Source: the human T2T-CHM13v2.0 reference genome, Homo sapiens. Taken from it: a DNA stretch of 64,000 bases. The DNA is taken from assembly GCF_009914755.1 (NCBI RefSeq), contig NC_060932.1; one strand, given 5' to 3'. The notes below the pieces were generated by a model, which worked only from the letters and a program-made list of their open reading frames with translations, did not search any database and was not told where the DNA came from. A program made the translations under genes and the position numbers. Positions 56,701 to 64,000 of the stretch are shown piece by piece (position 1 is the stretch's first letter; each line of letters opens with the position of its first letter).

Positions 56701-57769
56701 ATATTCATACACTCATAAAAACTGATCACAGGGTTCATATTTCCTTTTTATATTTAAATTAATATGACAGGAACCCCACTCCAGTCTTACACCAGTGCTG
56801 TCCCTGCTGCCACATATCTCTGGATTCCTGGGGATGCGTACGTGCTCTGAAGTTTGGTTCTGGTGGTCACCTGCCCTGGCCGGTGGTCTCACTCTGGACC
56901 ACTGTTCCATAACCTCTGCTGGTCTTCTCTTTCCTCACCTTAACCTAAGTGAGGAAACAGACACAGATTATTCTCTTCGGCTGGGTCAAGAACAAACTAT
57001 GCCCCTTAACTAGATACACTGAAGACCATGTACATGACACTCCCCAGACTGTGGGGTTAACCTGACAGGGGGTGGGGAGCAGTTGAGCGGGACTGAAAGG
57101 GGAGTGGGAACTCAGACCTTGCCGGGTCCCTTTTTACTCTTTTGAATTAACAAGAATGTCAAACGTATGCAATAGCCCACAGAACAGTACAATGAACCTT
57201 GTGAACCAAGCATGGGCAGGTCTTACCACATACAACTCACAACCCGTCCTGCTGCCTCCTGTGTTATTTTGAAACAAATCTCAGGCATTGAGTTATTTCT
57301 TCTGTAAAGATTTCAGAATGTATCTCCCCAACATAGGGATTTTTAAAACATAATCACAAACTTATCACACCTAAAAAAATGATCAACGTTTCTGCAATAT
57401 CACTAAATGTCTAATAAATGTTCAAATTTAAAAAAAATAACAAATGGGAATTACAGCACAAAAACCATACCACATTACCTGGTAGATAGGACTCTAAGAA
57501 TCCAGAATTGGCAGCTTTTCTCTTTCACCTTGGGTGTGGCCATGTATCCAAGCTCTGTGGTCACCGCTAACAAGATCAAAAATCTCCTAGCTAAAGCCCA
57601 TTCATGAAAGACAGAGAGAATATAATCTTTTCCTATTTTATATTTGCATGATCAAAAGGCCAGTTAATTTTTTTTCTCAGAACAAAAGAACAGTCTGTTC
57701 TCAAAGGTATTTTATGCCATGCTCCAGTTAACTTGTCTATATTCATGTCTATATTATTTATGAGAGAAA

Positions 57770-57960
57770 GTGTAATGCGGTGGGCTAGAATCTTGGCTTT
57801 GCCTCTGATTACCTGAGTGGACTTGGGAAGGTTATATCATTTCTCTGAGTTTTCATTTTCTTTTCTATAAAATGGGATTAATAACATCTACCTCTTGGTT
57901 ATTCTAATAATTAAATAACGCACATAGAAAGAATGCCATGTGATGTTTTGATAAATGACA
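57770..57960 (+). mobile_element. MIR
   Basis: CTTGGGAAGGTTA...TTCTCTGAGTTTTCATTTTC...TATAAAATGGGATTAATAACATCTACCTC. Confidence 0.75.
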
Positions 57961-58324
57961 AGTATAATAATATTTTTTAAACTGAACATATGATAAATAT
58001 CACATTTTAGCTTGAATATGAATTGAGTGTGAACACGAACTCTGATTCTAGAGGTGGGAAAAGGGTACTTCAGTCACTCATTAGTTTATTCAACAAATGT
58101 GCACCTTACTTTGCAACATTTCGCTAAATACTAAATACATGCTAAATGAGGAAAAATTAGAAAACATTCAAAACAAAAACACAAAGTGCCCCCTACCAAT
58201 ATCACTTAATTTTTGCCCCTATGGACATAAACACTGAGAATATTTTGGCAACCTCTTTTGTTGTTCTTTCTGTCTTTGTAACTCTCTCTTTTGCTGTCTG
58301 TGTCACTCTCTCTTTTGCTGTCTG

Positions 58325-58945
58325 TGTCAATCAACCAGGTTCCCAGAAGAAAACAGACAGTACACTCACATTGGGACAATTTAAGGACACTTTTTAGAAA
58401 GATACTATTTATAAAGATGTGAGCTAGTTGTAGACAAACAAGAAGGGACAGTGTAAACAGCAAGGAACCTGTTAGTACCAAAACGTGAGAGTGTGAAGGG
58501 AGGGAGAAGTTCCCAGGATGGAAGATGGAGGAGCTCTGTGAAGACAGCTGCCTGATTCATGGAGATATATGGCAGGTCCAGAATGGCTTTGCAGGGAGGA
58601 GGCTGGGGGAATGAACTCTGAAGGAGTCTCTCTCTCCTCCCCTTATGGGTCAATCACCTGCTTCTCCTGGAGTAACCTAGCCAGAAGCCAAAGGGCAAGA
58701 GACCACTTACTGCAATCCTCACAGCTCAGCCACCCTAGATGCAGGGCTGGAGGGTGACTTTAAAATCTATAAATCTATTAAGAGAATAAGGACACTTTTG
58801 AGAGTGAGTAGGAGTGAATTACTAATAATGCCAATAACTTCAGAACAATGAGCATAAACTGGGAGTGTCCCAGACAAACCAGGGTGTCATCACCCCATGG
58901 AATAAAGTCAAGAGCAAATATGGAGGGAAAATAGAAGATATGGAG
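58325..58945. mobile_element. Ancient LTR-like element (family uncertain) interrupted by MER94
   Basis: GAAAACAGACAGTACACTCACATTGGG...ACTATTTATAAAG resembles old mammalian LTRs. Confidence 0.4.
58751..58896 (+). mobile_element. MER94-like hAT-Blackjack MITE
   Basis: TIRs AGGGTGA...TCACCC, with internal GGACACTTTTGAGAGTGA and TAAACTGGGAGTGTCCCAGACAAACC. Confidence 0.75.
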
Positions 58946-58947
58946 CT

Positions 58948-58969
58948 ATCTCTCTCTCTCTCTCTCTGT

Positions 58970-59000
<31 letters not shown>
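58948..59000. repeat. Compound (TC)n(AC)n microsatellite
   Basis: Directly visible. Confidence 0.95.
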
Positions 59001-59002
<2 letters not shown>

Positions 59003-59317
59003 CTATAATTTTATTCTAGTACACAACTTTTATATCCTTTTTCAAATATAGGGGTCTGTCATGAATATTTTTCTATATAATATGTGTTTTCCTAAAACAT
59101 AATTTTTAATGATATAAAATAACCCTGTATTATGGTGATGCCATAATTGACTTACACATTCTCTCATCTTTGGATGTTTAGATATTTTCTGATTTTCCCA
59201 TTATAACCCTGTGATGGACATCCTTGAACATAAATTATTGGGTGTATCTCTGATTATTTACTAAATATAACTTGAATAACCACTATGTATAACCTGTCAG
59301 ATTAAAAAATGAGTATA

Positions 59318-59647
<330 letters not shown>

Positions 59648-60279
59648 TTATAGTCTGCTGGTGGAGACTTCAAACAGCAGCCTAAACAGTGAAAATATGA
59701 GACTTGGTACACCAAAGCAAAATTCCACCCCCTGGGAGGAAGAGGGTCATTGACATCAGGCTACAGCCGTGGTCTTTGCTTTTGGCATGTGTTGTCCTCT
59801 CTGGGTGCTCTGGGCTCTGTTTCATGGAAATCACTCTTCCTGCCCATAGATCTTCCATCCATCCAGCTGTCACCAGGCTAAAATGGGGAGGGTGTTGTCT
59901 TCCTTTTGTTTAGCTGCCTTACTTTCATAGTGAGCTGTGTGGATGGGCTCAGCCACCCAGGTCCCTTTTGACCTGGGCTGAGGGCAGACACATTTCTTTC
60001 AACAGATAGTGTTGGGAACAAAGACCCAGGACAAAACAGTGCTACAGAAGGAACTGTTGGTTAAAGCTAGAGGTGCCAAGGAGCCCAAGAGTGAACTGCA
60101 GAGTGGCAGAACCAAGGGCTTATGGGGGTCCGTGGGACAAGCTAGAGGAAAAGCACACAGAAAAAGGTGAGTGATGGGTGAGAGACATTAGATCAGGGCC
60201 TGTTGTCAGACTGTTTGTGTATAGGGTGGACTAAATTCAACTTCAAGAACCCTACGGGGACAGAGAGACCCAATGCCAG

Positions 60280-60830
60280 ATCTACACATCCCACTATCTC
60301 CTCTTCCATTCATTGTCTACAAAGAAAATCTTTGTTAGACTACCTCAACACCCTGGCCAGATTTGCTTACATTTCTTGCTTCACTTTCTAACCCCATTCA
60401 GCTTTCCTTTTTGTTCTCTCTTCCTTCCAGTCTGACTTTCCTCTGATATACTACTCCCTCCTGCCTCACAGGCTGGGCACTTGCTATGCCTTTTGTCTGC
60501 AGTGCTCTTCCTTCAGAGCTTTGCAGAGCTGGCTCATTCTAAACCTATAGGTCTAGCTCAAATTGCATTTCTTAGAGGACTTTTCTGATGCCCCAATTCA
60601 GATTAACCTCCCCCAGGCACTCTATTCCATTTCCCAGTGTCATTTTCCAAGTAGAACTTACCACCTGCTGAAATTATTAATACCTTGTTTATCTGGTAAC
60701 CTGTTTACCAAGCATCTAAGTTCCACCAGAGCTTGTCTGCCTTGCTGCTCCTGCTCTATCTCTTATACACAGAAGGGTGCCTGCCCTTGGATGGTGCTCA
60801 GTAACCATCTCCAGATGGATGAATACATGG
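60280..60830 (+). mobile_element. L2 relic
   Basis: CT-rich L2-like body ending GGTGCTCAGTAACCAT...GATGGATGAAT. Confidence 0.55.
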
Positions 60831-61315
60831 TGGGTTTGCGGCTGAGCTGCTTGCTCTGGGAGCAAGTTATTTTGTTTCTACTTTTAGCAATATGTGGGTC
60901 TTCTAGGGGACGATTCCTTTAATTCTGTAAGCATGACCTTGACACCTTGACTAATGTAAACATAATATGAAGTGTCTTTTGAATGGTCAATTCATTCTCA
61001 CAGGAAAGCTAATAAATAGAAAACTGTCCTCTTTTCTTCAGGATATTGATTTAAATCAATATATACATAATACATAATACATAAAATAATGACACTATTT
61101 CAGGAGCCAGCACAATTTCTCACATTATTTACCTTGGAATTGCACATGAGGTTCATCCAATATGAATAAAATTTCAAATGTCAACTTTCAAACTTATAAA
61201 GAAACATTCCATTTGGATAGTTTTTTGACATCTGTTTTTTCATTCCTTACTACTCCATAGCAAGTGAATCAGACAAGAGGCCAAAAGAAAGATGACTTTA
61301 AAACATCATGGGCTG

Positions 61316-62817
61316 TGTATAGCAAAGACAATCCTAAGCAGAAAGAATAAAGCTGGAGGCATCACGCTACCTGACTTCAAACTATACTACAGGGCTACAG
61401 TAACCAAAACAGCATGGCACTGTTTCAAAAACAGACACATAGACCAATGGAACAGAATACAGAACTCAGAAATAAGGCCACACATCTACAAGCATCTGAT
61501 CTTTGACAAATCTGACAAAAATAAGCAATTGGGAAAGGATTCCCTATTCAATAAATGGTGCTGGAAGAGCTGCCTAGCCATATGCAGAAAATTGAAATGG
61601 AACCCCTTCCTTACGTGTTATATAAAAATTAACTCAAGATGGTTTAAAGACTTAAGTGTAAATCCCAAAAGTACAAAAACCCTAGAAGAAAATCTGGGCA
61701 ATACCATTCAGGAAATAGGAATGGGTAAAAATTTCATGATGAAAATGTCAAAAGCAAATGCAACAAAAGCAAATATTGACAAATGGGATATAATTAAACT
61801 GAAGAGCTTCTGCACAGCAAAAGAAACTATCATCAGAGCAAACAGACAACCTGCAGAATGGGAGAAAATTTTTGCAATCTATCCATCTGATGAAAGTCTA
61901 ATGTCCAGAATCTACAAGGAACTTAAACAAATTTACAAGAAAAAAACAAACAGCCCCATTAAAAAGTGAGCAAAGACATAAACAGTCACTTCTCAAAAGA
62001 AGACATTTATGCAGCCAAGGAGCATATGAAGAAGAGCTCCACATCACTGATCATTAGAGAAATGCAAATCAAAACCACAGTGAGATACCAAATCACACCA
62101 GCCAGAAAAAAATCAAGAAACAACAGATGCTGGCAAAGCTGTGGAAAAATAGGAATGCTTTTGCACTGTTGGGAGGAAGGTAAATTAGTTCAACCATTGT
62201 GGAAGAAAGTGTGGTGATTCCTCAAAGACCTAGAACCAGAAATATCATTTGACCCAGCAAATCCATTATTAAATATATACCTAAAGGAATATAAATCATT
62301 TTGTTATAAAGATACATGCATACATATGTTCACTGCAGCACTATTCACAGTAGCAAAGACATGGAATCAACCCAAATGTCCATTAATGATAGACTTCATA
62401 AAGAAAATGTGGTACATATACACCACGGAATACTATGCAGCAATAAAAAGGAATGAGATCATGTCCTTTGCAGGGACATGGATGGAGCTGGAAGCCATTA
62501 TCCTCAGCAAACTAATGCAGGAACAGAAAACCAAACACTGCATGTTCTCACTTATAAGTGGAAGCTGAACAATGAGAACACATGGACACAGAGAGAGGCA
62601 CAACATACACCCTATGGACTGTTTGGGGGTGTGTGGTGGGGGAAAGGAGAGCATCAGGAAAAATAGCTAATGCATGCTGGGATTAATACTTAGGTGATTG
62701 GTTGATAGATGCAGTAAGTCACCATGGCACACGTTTACCTATGTAACAAACCTGCACATCCTGCACACGTACCCCACAATGTAAAATGAAATTAAAAAGC
62801 AACAACAAACAAACAGA
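61316..62817 (+). mobile_element. 5'-truncated L1PA (about L1PA10-13), 1.5 kb of the ORF2 C-terminus plus 3'UTR
   Basis: ORFs 61292..61969, 61966..62217 and 62326..62568 are consecutive L1 ORF2 pieces ([24 protein letters not shown]...). TSD ATCATGGGCTG at 61305-61315 and 62818-62828. Confidence 0.96.
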
Positions 62818-64000
62818 ATCATGGGCTGATAATACATCGTTAATTTTTCTTAGTCCACAAATAATGTGAAATATTATTCTGAAAGTAGAAGCCAGTTAGA
62901 GTCCATGTCATCATTTTAGTTAATTGCTCATTTACTTAAGTATTCTATTCAGACATTCATACTTATAGATAAAAAAGTATTTTACAGCATTTGTCTAGTT
63001 AGTAAATATAATAGTTGGAAGGGGATACTTATAAAAGTATAACTCCCAGAGTAATTTTTCAGCAACATGAAATGAAATGGACTTTTATCCTTGTCTTATT
63101 TCAACTAGAAACATGTTGAATCACATCATTGTTTAGGGTTTTGCTTTCTTTAATTCTTGTAAACTAATTAAGTATCAAACAAAATATTATATATATATAT
63201 GGAATGAAAGCTTTTGGCATGACGCATTTATAGGTAAGGACATCTTCAGTTTTTGAAGGAAAAGGCCTGCTGATGCTTTTATAAAGGGACTTAGAGCGTT
63301 TTGTTTTAGTGCACACATACTTGCTCTCACCATGAGCCTTTGTACCATTCTCTAATGCCATTGCACATCTGGATGATGTGGAGAGTGATGACATATTGAG
63401 GACTATTTTCTGGCTTTCCTTTTTATATACCCTTTTTTTTCTTCTTTAAAAAGAACCATGCAGATGTAACTGTAAAACCTTTATTCTAATGAGAGAGCCG
63501 AGAGTTTGGGAGAACCCACCTGGAAAATCTTATTTTTTATCTTTCCTGCTTTCTTTATAGGGAGCTCACCAAGTTCATAGGTTAGGGAGAACTTAAATGA
63601 AATAAAGAACTAAAAGTGGTGAAAATAAGGCAGCAACAAATCATAATAAAAATACCAGTTGAAAAGAAAAGTGGAATCAAGGATCTCATAATAGTGTTCA
63701 TTTCTCTGTTGGAAATAGTCCATTTGGAAGAACCTGTGATCCGCTTTTACAGACAACTTCATGGTAAGACTAATTTATCCTGGGTGTTTGGAACTTTTGC
63801 TTGGTAAACACGGGTCAGATTTTTTTTTGTTCTTAACAAAGAATGAATGAGAAAACCTATAGGGAAGTTACTGGTACTGATAATCCATGAAACTAGAAAA
63901 GCTAAGATTTGGTGGCATTTTCTCCTTATCTGTAGAATGGCATAAATTATTACTTTTAAATTTGAACCATAGAAAATCTGAGTTACTATCTCTTAGCTAA

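Noticed and set aside
61292-61969. Longest ORF in the track (225 aa) as a gene
   Set aside because: It is the L1 ORF2 C-terminal region of a truncated L1PA. The ATG comes from the flank, and stops and frameshifts follow.

Overview
This is eukaryotic genomic DNA, almost certainly human or great ape. Bases 1-104 (minus strand) encode [34 protein letters not shown], which I recognise as the N-terminal membrane anchor of CYP7B1 (oxysterol 7-alpha-hydroxylase). The window therefore holds the start of CYP7B1 exon 1, its CpG-island promoter and about 63 kb of upstream, gene-poor, repeat-rich sequence. The repeats include about 15 Alu copies or fragments, two primate L1PA insertions, a near full-length ancient L1M, L2 and MIR relics, MaLR/ERV LTRs, a decayed ERV-L provirus with readable gag and pol motifs, and small DNA transposons. 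No other protein-coding gene is supported, and the ORF-track ORFs are repeat-derived or chance. I do not see evidence of a new biological system. The most unusual items are a local copy of half an Alu plus its unique 3' flank placed in a microsatellite, a pristine 5'-truncated AluY, a twin-primed L1, a 126-bp tandem duplication, and repeat-free blocks that are candidate enhancers. Repeat subfamily names were assigned by eye from memory of consensus sequences, and old-repeat boundaries are approximate.
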